This document shows positions 33,319 to 40,751 of a stretch of 40,751 nucleotides of DNA, one piece after another; position 1 is the stretch's first letter; each line of letters starts with the position of its first letter. Both the position numbers and the translations under genes were made by a program. Below the pieces are notes generated by a model that did not search any database, was not told the origin of the DNA, and saw nothing but the letters and a program-made list of their open reading frames with translations. The DNA lies in sequence record NC_002166.1; one strand, 5' to 3'. The DNA comes from Escherichia phage HK022.

Positions 33319-33636
33319 ATGGACGAATCAAGAAAGCAGTTTGAAGAAAGTTGGTTGCGACGTGGAGGCGAATCATCAGACCTTATCCGTTACCCTGAAA
33401 ATCACCATGAAATTGGCAGTGGTGATATTGGTGGTCAATACGTGATGGACGATGTTCAAGGCCACTGGCAAACGTGGCAGGCATCGCGAGCAGCTATCGA
33501 GATTGAGTGTCCTGGAGAAAGAGAGCGTGAGGCATTTTCTACCGATTTCGAGGATGGGGTCACATTTGGTTATAACAACGCAATTAGTGAATGCGAAGGA
33601 CGGATTCGCGCTGCTGGAGTCAAAGTGAAGGAGTGA
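33319..33636 (+). CDS. hypothetical protein (105 aa)
   Basis: ATG with GAGGGTAAG upstream; acidic. Confidence 0.5.
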   Translation: MDESRKQFEESWLRRGGESSDLIRYPENHHEIGSGDIGGQYVMDDVQGHWQTWQASRAAIEIECPGEREREAFSTDFEDGVTFGYNNAISECEGRIRAAGVKVKE

Positions 33637-33640
33637 GTAT

Positions 33641-33895
33641 ATGCCATTTATAAAATTAACCATGCAATGCAGCATCTATCAGCCACCAAGCACAGGCGTG
33701 ATAGAAAGCACCAGAAGTGCATATGAGCCCTTGTACGTTAACTCTGACAACATCGAAACCCTATTTGAGGCCGGGATTACGATTGTAAGAATGGCAAGTG
33801 GTGAGCGGTTCGATGTTATTGAGAAACCAGAAGCTATTTTGGCGTTAATTAATCCATGTGTGCAGAAGGTGAGCAATGAGGAAACTAACGTTTGA
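33641..33895 (+). CDS. hypothetical protein (84 aa)
   Basis: AAGGAG RBS upstream of ATG 33641. Confidence 0.45.
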   Translation: MPFIKLTMQCSIYQPPSTGVIESTRSAYEPLYVNSDNIETLFEAGITIVRMASGERFDVIEKPEAILALINPCVQKVSNEETNV

Positions 33896-34316
33896 ACTAA
33901 GAAGCCCCATCCATCAGCAGAACGCCATTCAAGCCATCCAGCAAATCCTTCCAGACCCAACAAAACCAATCGTAGTAACCATTCAGGAGCGCAACCGCAG
34001 CTTAGACCAAAATCGGAAGCTTTGGGCTTGCCTTGGTGACGTCTCTCGTCAGGTTGAATGGCATGGTCGCTGGCTGGATGCAGAAAGCTGGAAGTGTGTG
34101 TTTACCGCAGCATTAAAGCAGCAGGACGTTGTTCCTAACCTTGCCGGGAATGGCTTTGTGGTAATAGGCCAGTCAACCAGCAGGATGCGTGTAAGCGAAT
34201 TTGCGGAGCTATTAGAGCTTATACAGGCATTTGGTACAGAACATGGCGTTAAGTGGTCAGACGAAGCGCGACTGGCTCTGGAGTGGAAAGCGAGATGGGG
34301 AGACAGGGCGGCATGA
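33876..34316 (+). CDS. ninB: NinB (Orf-family recombination mediator)
   Basis: 146 aa; [15 protein letters not shown] motif as in lambda NinB. Confidence 0.85.
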   Translation: MRKLTFELRSPIHQQNAIQAIQQILPDPTKPIVVTIQERNRSLDQNRKLWACLGDVSRQVEWHGRWLDAESWKCVFTAALKQQDVVPNLAGNGFVVIGQSTSRMRVSEFAELLELIQAFGTEHGVKWSDEARLALEWKARWGDRAA

Positions 34317-34495
34317 GACGACAGCGACGAAGTATCACCGACATCATCTGTGAAAACTGCAAATACCTTCCAACGAAACGCTCCAGAAATAAACGCAAGC
34401 CAATCCCAAAAGAATCTGACGTAAAAACCTTCAACTACACGGCTCACCTGTGGGATATCCGGTGGCTTAGAGAACGTGCGAGGAAAACAAGGTGA
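34313..34495 (+). CDS. ninE: NinE
   Basis: 60 aa from ATG 34313 (overlaps ninB stop): [30 protein letters not shown]..., matching lambda NinE as recalled. Confidence 0.75.
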   Translation: MRRQRRSITDIICENCKYLPTKRSRNKRKPIPKESDVKTFNYTAHLWDIRWLRERARKTR

Positions 34496-34662
34496 TTGAC
34501 CAAAATCGAAGTTACGAACAAGAAAGCGTCGAGCGGGCTTTAACGTGCGCTAACTGCGGTCAGAAGCTGCATGTGCTGGAAGTTCACGTGTGTGAGCACT
34601 GCTGCGCAGAACTGATGAGCGATCCGAATAGCTCAATGTACGAGGAAGAAGACGATGAATGA
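34492..34662 (+). CDS. ninF: NinF
   Basis: 56 aa from GTG 34492: [38 protein letters not shown]...; under track cut-off; matches lambda NinF as recalled. Confidence 0.65.
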   Translation: MIDQNRSYEQESVERALTCANCGQKLHVLEVHVCEHCCAELMSDPNSSMYEEEDDE

Positions 34663-35380
34663 GTTAATAAATGGCAATGCCATCAAAATGACAAGCATTG
34701 AAATCGCTGAGTTGGTAGAAAGCCGCCATAGCAATGTAAAAGTATCCATAGATAGATTGGTGAAACGTGGCGTTATCAAGCCTCCTGCATTGCAGCACAC
34801 TAACATAATCAATGATTTAGGTGTTATTACCGGGAAGCGTGATTTCTACGTCTTCGAGGGCGAACAAGGTAAGCGAGACAGCATTATTGTCGTCGCTCAG
34901 TTGTCGCCGGAATTCACCGCTCGTCTTGTTGACCGTTGGCGAGAGCTTGAAGAAGCTGCGGTTAATATCCCCAAAACGCTACCAGAAGCGTTGCGCCTTG
35001 CTGCTGACCTTGCTGAGCAGAAAATGCAACTGGAAAACCAGCTCGCAATTGCCGCACCTAAAGTTGAGTTTGCCGATCGCGTTGGCGAGGCCAGCGGAAT
35101 TTTGATTGGAAACTTTGCAAAGGTTGTCGGTATTGGTCCAAACAAACTGTTTGCGTGGATGCGTGATCACAAAATCCTTATTGCTTCAGGTTCCCGGCGC
35201 AATGTGCCAATGCAGGAATATATGGATCGCGGCTATTTCACAGTGAAAGAAACAGCGGTCAACACAAATCACGGAATACAGATATCGTTCACCACAAAAA
35301 TCACCGGGCGTGGTCAACAGTGGCTGACCAGAAAGTTGCTCGATAACGGAATGCTGAAAGTAACAGGGGAGGCTGCTTAA
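34655..35380 (+). CDS. Rha-family regulatory protein / antirepressor-like (Rha N-terminal + KilA-C-like domain)
   Basis: 241 aa; ATG overlaps ninF 3' end. Confidence 0.7.
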   Translation: MNELINGNAIKMTSIEIAELVESRHSNVKVSIDRLVKRGVIKPPALQHTNIINDLGVITGKRDFYVFEGEQGKRDSIIVVAQLSPEFTARLVDRWRELEEAAVNIPKTLPEALRLAADLAEQKMQLENQLAIAAPKVEFADRVGEASGILIGNFAKVVGIGPNKLFAWMRDHKILIASGSRRNVPMQEYMDRGYFTVKETAVNTNHGIQISFTTKITGRGQQWLTRKLLDNGMLKVTGEAA

Positions 35381-35670
35381 TGGCTAACCTACGCAAAGAA
35401 GCGCGCGGCAGAGAATGCCAGGTACGTATTTACGGCGTATGCAATGGTAATCCTGAAACTACAGTTCTGGCACATTACCGGATGGCTGGAATTTGCGGAA
35501 CGGGAATGAAGCCTGAAGACCTGATCGGTGCATGGGCTTGTAGTGACTGCCACGCGGAGATCGACCGACGCACCCATAATCTCGACAACAAAGACGCCAG
35601 ACTTTACCACCTCGAAGGCGTGATCAGGACGCAGGCGATACTGCTGAAGGAGGGGAAGATTAAGCCATGA
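35380..35670 (+). CDS. DUF1364-family zinc-binding protein (YbcO-like)
   Basis: 96 aa; Cys/His-rich (C..C...C..C.DCH); ATG overlaps upstream stop. Confidence 0.55.
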   Translation: MANLRKEARGRECQVRIYGVCNGNPETTVLAHYRMAGICGTGMKPEDLIGAWACSDCHAEIDRRTHNLDNKDARLYHLEGVIRTQAILLKEGKIKP

Positions 35671-36029
35671 ACGAATATCAGTTTGTGCTTCCATACCCGC
35701 CGTCGCTGAACACCTACTGGCGAAGAAGGGGAAGCCAATACTACATCAGCGATAAAGGCCAGAAATACCGAAAAGACGTTCAGCAAATCATCCGCCAACT
35801 CAAGTTAGACATTTTCACCAAATCACGACTCCGCATCAAAGTAATCGCAGACGTTCCAGACTCCCGCCGCCGCGACCTCGATAACATCCTGAAAGGTTTA
35901 CTCGACTCCCTTATCCACGCCGGATTTGCGGAAGACGACGAGCAATTCGATGACATTCGCGTAATTCGTGGTGTGAAAGTACCAGGCGGACGGCTTGGAA
36001 TAAAAATCACAGAACTGGAGAGCGTATGA
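35667..36029 (+). CDS. rusA: Holliday junction resolvase RusA
   Basis: 120 aa; N-terminal LPYPPSLNTYWR signature; catalytic Asp-rich region. Confidence 0.9.
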   Translation: MNEYQFVLPYPPSLNTYWRRRGSQYYISDKGQKYRKDVQQIIRQLKLDIFTKSRLRIKVIADVPDSRRRDLDNILKGLLDSLIHAGFAEDDEQFDDIRVIRGVKVPGGRLGIKITELESV

Positions 36030-36214
36030 ACGCCACAATTCAAACGATACCAGAACTGCTTATCCAGACACGAGGCAATCAGACCGAAGTGGCGAGGATG
36101 CTTTCCTGCGCAAGAGGAACAGTGCTCAAGTACAACCGAGACAGCAAAGGCGAGCGTCACGTAATAGTTAACGGCGTCCTGATGGTCAAACAGGGCAAGA
36201 GGGGAAGACCATGA
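36026..36214 (+). CDS. ninH: NinH-like small DNA-binding protein
   Basis: 62 aa; GNQTEVARML.C.RGTV motif as in lambda NinH. Confidence 0.7.
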   Translation: MNATIQTIPELLIQTRGNQTEVARMLSCARGTVLKYNRDSKGERHVIVNGVLMVKQGKRGRP

Positions 36215-36834
36215 GACTCGAAAGCGTAGCTAAATTTCACTCGCCAAAAAGCCCGATGATGAGCGACTCACCACGGACCACGGCTTCTGACTCTCTTTCC
36301 GGTACTGATGTGATGGCTGCTATGGGGATGGCGCAATCACAAGCCGGATTCGGAATGGCTGCATTCTGCGGTAAGCATGAACTCAGCCAGAACGACAAAC
36401 AAAAGGCTATCAACTATCTGATGCAATTTGCACACAAGGTATCGGGGAAATACCGTGGTGTGGCAAAGCTTGAAGGAAATACTAAGGCAAAGGTACTGCA
36501 AGTTCTCGCAACATTCGCTTATGCGGATTATTGCCGTAGTGCCGCGACACCGGGCGCAAGATGCAGAGATTGCCACGGTACTGGCCGGGCCGTTGATATT
36601 GCCAAAACAGAGCAGTGGGGGAGAGTTGTCGAGAAAGAGTGCGGAAGATGCAAAGGCGTCGGCTATTCCAGGATGCCAGCAAGCGCCGCATATCGCGCTG
36701 TAACGATGCTAATCCCAAACCTTACCCAACCCACCTGGTCACGCACTGTTAAGCCGCTGTATGACGCTCTGGTGGTGCAATGCCACAAGGAAGAGTCAAT
36801 CGCAGACAACATTTTGAATGCGGTCGCACGTTAG
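36211..36834 (+). CDS. Q: late gene antiterminator Q
   Basis: 207 aa; begins MRLESVAKFHSPKSPMMSDSPR... with Cys4 zinc motif (C..C...C..C); matches lambda Q almost residue for residue as recalled. Confidence 0.9.
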   Translation: MRLESVAKFHSPKSPMMSDSPRTTASDSLSGTDVMAAMGMAQSQAGFGMAAFCGKHELSQNDKQKAINYLMQFAHKVSGKYRGVAKLEGNTKAKVLQVLATFAYADYCRSAATPGARCRDCHGTGRAVDIAKTEQWGRVVEKECGRCKGVGYSRMPASAAYRAVTMLIPNLTQPTWSRTVKPLYDALVVQCHKEESIADNILNAVAR

Positions 36835-36876
36835 CAGCATGATTGCCACGGATGGCAACATATTAACGGCATGATA

Positions 36877-36905
36877 TTGACTTTTTGAATAAAGTTGGGT
36901 AAATT
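36877..36905 (+). promoter_or_regulatory. late promoter pR' (with qut region downstream)
   Basis: TTGACT (-35), 17-nt spacer, TAAATT (-10), same arrangement as lambda pR' as recalled. Confidence 0.6.
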
Positions 36906-36940
36906 TGACCCAACGATGGATAAATGCACTCGTTAAATAA

Positions 36941-36970
36941 AGCCCTGAGTTAATAGCTCTGGGCTTTTTG
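36941..36970 (+). terminator. candidate pR'-proximal terminator
   Basis: AGCCCTGAG / CTCTGGGCT imperfect hairpin followed by T5. Confidence 0.45.
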
Positions 36971-37266
36971 CGTTTTAAGCACGGCCTTTCTGAAAGCACA
37001 TCAAACCAAATACCAGACAGACAATACCCTCACCTTATCCGCTGTGGCTACGGTGCGGTGTGCTTTGTATAAAAGAAAACCAGCTCAATGTCTGGCTTCG
37101 TGAAAGCGGGTGGCAGGAGGTTGCGCTAACAACCTCATGCCGTTTTGCCCGTGCATATCGGTCACGAACAAATCTGATTACTAAACACAGTAACCTGGAT
37201 TTGTTCTATCAGTAATCGACCTTATTCCTAATTAAATAGAGCAAATCCCCTTATTGGGGGTAAGAC

Positions 37267-37590
37267 ATGAAGATGCCAGAAAAAAATGACCTGTTAGCCG
37301 CCATTCTCGCGGCAAAGGAACAAGGCATCGGGGCAATCCTTGCGTTTGCAATGGCGTACCTTCGCGGCAGATATAATGGCGGTGCGTTTACAAAAACAGT
37401 AATCGACGCAACGATGTGCGCCATTATCGCCTGGTTCATTCGTGACCTTCTCGGCTTCGCCGGACTAAGTAGCAATCTCGCTTATATAACGAGCGTGTTT
37501 ATCGGCTACATCGGTACTGACTCGATTGGTTCGCTTATCAAACGCTTCGCTGCTAAAAAAGCCGGAGTAGAAGATGGTGGAAATCAATAA
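37267..37590 (+). CDS. S: holin S (class I, dual-start motif MKM)
   Basis: 107 aa; Met1-Lys2-Met3 dual start; three TM segments; matches lambda S as recalled. Confidence 0.9.
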   Translation: MKMPEKNDLLAAILAAKEQGIGAILAFAMAYLRGRYNGGAFTKTVIDATMCAIIAWFIRDLLGFAGLSSNLAYITSVFIGYIGTDSIGSLIKRFAAKKAGVEDGGNQ

Positions 37591-38050
37591 TCAACGTAAG
37601 GCGTTCCTCGATATGCTGGCATGGTCAGAGGGAACTGATAACGGACGTCAGAAAACCAGAAATCATGGTTATGACGTCATTGTAGGCGGAGAGCTATTCA
37701 CTGATTACTCCGATCACCCTCGCAAACTTGTCACGCTAAACCCCAAACTCAAATCAACAGCCGCCGGACGCTACCAGCTTCTTTCCCGTTGGTGGGATGC
37801 CTATCGTAAGCAGCTTGGCCTGAAAGATTTCTCTCCGAAAAGCCAGGACGCTGTGGCATTGCAGCAGATTAAAGAGCGTGGCGCTTTACCGATGATTGAT
37901 CGCGGTGATATTCGTCAGGCAATCGACCGTTGCAGCAATATCTGGGCTTCACTGCCGGGGGCTGGTTATGGTCAGTTCGAGCATAAGGCTGACAAACTGA
38001 TTGCAAAATTCAAAGAAGCTGGCGGAACGGTCAGAGAGATTGAGGTATGA
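37574..38050 (+). CDS. R: endolysin R (lytic transglycosylase)
   Basis: 158 aa; start overlaps S; matches lambda R as recalled ([24 protein letters not shown]...). Confidence 0.9.
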   Translation: MVEINNQRKAFLDMLAWSEGTDNGRQKTRNHGYDVIVGGELFTDYSDHPRKLVTLNPKLKSTAAGRYQLLSRWWDAYRKQLGLKDFSPKSQDAVALQQIKERGALPMIDRGDIRQAIDRCSNIWASLPGAGYGQFEHKADKLIAKFKEAGGTVREIEV

Positions 38051-38484
38051 GCAGAGTAACCGCGATTATCTCCGCTCTGGTTATCTGCATCATCGTCTGC
38101 CTGTCATGGGCTGTTAATCATTACCGTGATAATGCAATCGCCTACAAAGAACAGCGCGACAAAGCCGCATCCACTATTGCTGACATGCAGAAGCGTCAAC
38201 GTGATGTAGCAGAACTCGATGCCAGATATACAAAGGAGCTTGCTGATGCTAACGCGACTATCGAAAGTCTCCGTGCTGATGTTTCTGCTGGGCGTAAGCG
38301 CCTGCAAGTCGCCGCCACCTGTGCAAAGTCAACGACCGGAGCCAGCGGCATGGGCGATGGAGAAAGCCCAGGACTTACAGCAGATGCTGAACTCAATTAT
38401 TACCGTCTCCGAAGTGGAATCGACAGGATAACCGCGCAGGTTAACTACCTGCAGGAATACATCAGGACGCAATGCCTGAAATAA
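38047..38484 (+). CDS. Rz: i-spanin Rz
   Basis: 145 aa; N-terminal TM anchor ([16 protein letters not shown]) and coiled-coil periplasmic domain. Confidence 0.85.
   Translation: MSRVTAIISALVICIIVCLSWAVNHYRDNAIAYKEQRDKAASTIADMQKRQRDVAELDARYTKELADANATIESLRADVSAGRKRLQVAATCAKSTTGASGMGDGESPGLTADAELNYYRLRSGIDRITAQVNYLQEYIRTQCLK
38246..38431 (+). CDS. Rz1: o-spanin Rz1 (lipoprotein embedded in Rz, +1 frame)
   Basis: 61 aa from ATG 38246; lipobox LLGVSAC; Pro-rich mature part; entirely inside Rz; start codon choice uncertain. Confidence 0.65.
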   Translation: MLTRLSKVSVLMFLLGVSACKSPPPVQSQRPEPAAWAMEKAQDLQQMLNSIITVSEVESTG

Positions 38485-38516
38485 TTTTTTTTGCAAATCA
38501 CAAAGTCAATTTAATG

Positions 38517-38540
38517 AGCCTCGCGATGCGGGGCTTTTTT
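38517..38540 (+). terminator. candidate terminator after lysis cassette
   Basis: AGCCTCGC-gat-GCGGGGCT hairpin (one G-U pair) followed by T6. Confidence 0.45.
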
Positions 38541-38690
38541 ACATCTGCAGTAAACGCGCATTCTCGTGCGCATATCAACCAAGAGCTTTTCGGGATATGA
38601 GACAGAGACAGGACGGTGGCTTACATCGTGCCGCTCTTGGGCTGTCCATGTCTGCGAGAACTGGCTCATATCACCAAAAAGGTAAATACG

Positions 38691-39419
38691 ATGTCCAATA
38701 TCATCCCGATTGATTTCGAAGGCCATCCCATGCGTTTTTCTGACGATGGCTGGTTTGACGCGACTGCGGCAGCTGACAAGTTCAACAAGGAGCCGGCTCA
38801 GTGGCTTAGGCTTCCTGAGACTGTCCGTTACATCGAGGCGTTAAAGAGTAGATATGGGAATATCACATATGTAAAAACCAGCCGCGCTCGCAAAGACCGT
38901 GGCGGCGGAACATGGCTTCACCCAAAACTGGCGGTCAGATTTGCTCGATGGCTTTCTGTAGATTTTGAGATCTGGTGTGATGAGCAAATTGACGCAATCA
39001 TTCAGGGTTCCGTTCATCATATCGACGATGAAAGAATAAAGGCTATTTTCCTTCTGGATAAATCTCAGCCATGGGAAAAGAGGTTTAGCGATCCGTTTTA
39101 TTCTGCGATGTTCAAAATGTCAGGGCTGCCCCGTCATCGACCAGGTCGTCGCCCCGCACTATTTGGGATGATCAGTGCCAAGTGGGTATATGGCCCGGTA
39201 TTACCACCAGAAGTATATGCAGAGGTTAAAAGACGGCTGGCTGCAGGAGACAAAATCCATCAGCACCTTAAACCTGACGCGCTGACATTGGTTGAGCGAC
39301 AGATCATTGCCGTTACCAGCATTGCCAATGGGTGCTCTGATTATCGTGATTTCGAAGCGCGTTGCATGTCGGCATTCCCGGTGAAAGGGCAGATGAAATT
39401 GCTCTATGCGGCGGCCTGA
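38691..39419 (+). CDS. KilA-N domain protein
   Basis: 242 aa from ATG 38691; N-terminal KilA-N-like segment (IPIDFEGHPMRFSDDGWFDATAAADKF...WLHPKLAVRFARWLS). Confidence 0.55.
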   Translation: MSNIIPIDFEGHPMRFSDDGWFDATAAADKFNKEPAQWLRLPETVRYIEALKSRYGNITYVKTSRARKDRGGGTWLHPKLAVRFARWLSVDFEIWCDEQIDAIIQGSVHHIDDERIKAIFLLDKSQPWEKRFSDPFYSAMFKMSGLPRHRPGRRPALFGMISAKWVYGPVLPPEVYAEVKRRLAAGDKIHQHLKPDALTLVERQIIAVTSIANGCSDYRDFEARCMSAFPVKGQMKLLYAAA

Positions 39420-39421
39420 TC

Positions 39422-39679
39422 ATGAGCACCCGAATAATAGAATGCGCCTCCAGAGCGGGGCGCGACTTCTCTGAGTTTCTGAAAGGTGAGAAAGACATGA
39501 TGCAGGCATTGTCATCTGTTGATCAGTTTGGCGAGCAACTCCGTATTAACGGTTGCGTCAACCATCACTTTGTCAGCTACATGATGCGTAATGCGGTCAT
39601 GCAGGCATTCATGGACATGGCAAAAGCCGTGAGGAAAGAAGAGCGCCGGCGTAAGCGAGCCGAAGAAAAAGCGAAGTAA
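39422..39679 (+). CDS. hypothetical protein (85 aa)
   Basis: ATG 39422 2 nt after upstream stop; basic C-terminal tail. Confidence 0.4.
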   Translation: MSTRIIECASRAGRDFSEFLKGEKDMMQALSSVDQFGEQLRINGCVNHHFVSYMMRNAVMQAFMDMAKAVRKEERRRKRAEEKAK

Positions 39680-40071
39680 CCATTACAAAGCTCATCTGCG
39701 GGTGGGCTTGATAATGAAACCGGAGTTAATTTCTGGTCACTAATTAACGGCAGCACCGCGAAACAACCCAAGCCAGAAAGTGGGGAAATAACACTGGCAG
39801 CCACTGAAAGATAAACCTCCTGCCTTATGGCAAAAAAGATTCTTTGTGGTGGCGGACTGATGGAAAGACATCGGTTATTGCAGAGGCCATTCAATGAGTG
39901 GTCTCGACAATGGCTTATACCCTACACGGGATAACTTAACTGATATCCCTTTTAACGGATAAACGGAGCCAACAATGGCAGAGATTATTCTCATGACTGA
40001 AGAACAGAAATTCCAGTTAGAGATTTACAAACTGGTCATGAACCAGAACGCCGCCGTGCATGGAGACTGGC

Positions 40072-40413
40072 ATGAACAAAGAGCCCCGCGTATATGGCAG
40101 CCGATGGGATAAGGCCCGTCTGCGTTTTCTCCAGCAGCACCCACTGTGTGTGATGTGCGAGCAGCAGGGGCGCATAACACCAGCAACGGTGGTCGACCAT
40201 ATCGTGCCCCACAAACTGAAAGATGCGCTTAAGTCAGGTAACCCTCTGGCCATATCGAAAGCACAGCTCCTGTTCTGGAGTAAAGAGAACTGGCAGCCAC
40301 TGTGCAAAGCGCATCATGACTCAACGAAACAGAGAATGGAGAAGAGCGGCGCGGTAATCGGTTGTGATGCCAACGGCTACCCGCTCGATCCTGCGTCTCA
40401 CTGGAGCACGTAA
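40072..40413 (+). CDS. HNH endonuclease (terminase-associated)
   Basis: 113 aa from ATG 40072 (GGAG 6 nt upstream); Cys/His motifs (C..C...DHIVPH...C..HH); sits immediately before the terminase genes on the circular map. Confidence 0.8.
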   Translation: MNKEPRVYGSRWDKARLRFLQQHPLCVMCEQQGRITPATVVDHIVPHKLKDALKSGNPLAISKAQLLFWSKENWQPLCKAHHDSTKQRMEKSGAVIGCDANGYPLDPASHWST

Positions 40414-40616
40414 TGAAAGACCTCATCATTGAATACCGAGACGGTAAGTTTGTTCAGCTGGCGATTGATGGCGTGGAGATGAAGCGCGTAACGTCTATCC
40501 ACTTCTCCCACACCGTAGGCGAGGACGTACCGACATTGACCGTCTCAGGACATGTGTGGTCCGAGTATGGGAAAGGCGATCACAAACTCGAACAGGTAGA
40601 CAAACATTCGGCATAG
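40413..40616 (+). CDS. hypothetical protein (67 aa)
   Basis: ATG overlaps the HNH stop; no recognisable motif. Confidence 0.4.
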   Translation: MKDLIIEYRDGKFVQLAIDGVEMKRVTSIHFSHTVGEDVPTLTVSGHVWSEYGKGDHKLEQVDKHSA

Positions 40617-40751
40617 CGCGGCGGCGGCAAGTCGATTATCTATCATGTGAAATCATTTCAAATGCAACGATATCAAATGAGAATGAATCGCATTCAGGGC
40701 GGGGGGGGGATCAAATCTTCAAAACCTTTGCCCTAAATGACCGCCGCCAAA

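Noticed and set aside
38511-38726. 71-aa minus-strand ORF after Rz
   Set aside because: Spans a terminator hairpin and the start of the KilA-N gene; no RBS.
39975-40112. 45-aa ORF with ACGGAG RBS overlapping the HNH endonuclease start
   Set aside because: Overlaps the HNH gene by about 40 nt and has no recognisable features; kept as a note, not annotated.
1-40751. CRISPR arrays and tRNA genes
   Set aside because: No regularly spaced direct repeats with unique spacers were seen; the only multi-copy repeats are the ori iterons, the IS903 ends and duplications, and the operator and terminator motifs. No cloverleaf-like tRNA sequence was recognised by eye, and no scan could be run.

Overview
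The window reads as a complete, circularly permuted genome of a mosaic lambdoid temperate siphovirus of Enterobacteriaceae. Gene order from the left is: HK97-type packaging and head module (terminase small and large, portal, prohead protease, major capsid), lambda-type tail module (G/GT frameshift chaperone, tape measure, M-L-K-I-J), a tail-fibre and Cor-like lipoprotein accessory region, attP with int and xis, a leftward early operon (Erf-like and SSB-like recombination genes, cIII-like gene, an IS903 insertion with 9-bp target duplication, a Nun-like arginine-rich factor), the CI/Cro/CII immunity region, an O-like initiator with internal iterons, a DnaB-type helicase, an AT-rich HNH-AP2 endonuclease, a nin region (NinB/E/F, Rha-like, RusA, NinH), lambda-like Q-S-R-Rz/Rz1, and an HNH endonuclease beside the terminase genes. 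From memory, the Nun-like C-terminus (KKWS), the Cor-like lipoprotein, the put-like RNA elements and the exact length of 40,751 nt match coliphage HK022; no search was run, so that identification is unverified. If it holds, the most striking systems here (Nun exclusion, put-RNA antitermination, Cor) are already described rather than novel. The least characterised parts are the small morons in the tail region, the block of unknown early-left genes, and several sub-60-aa ORFs absent from the ORF track. All coordinates and motifs were read by eye from the sequence; homology calls rest on recalled family signatures.
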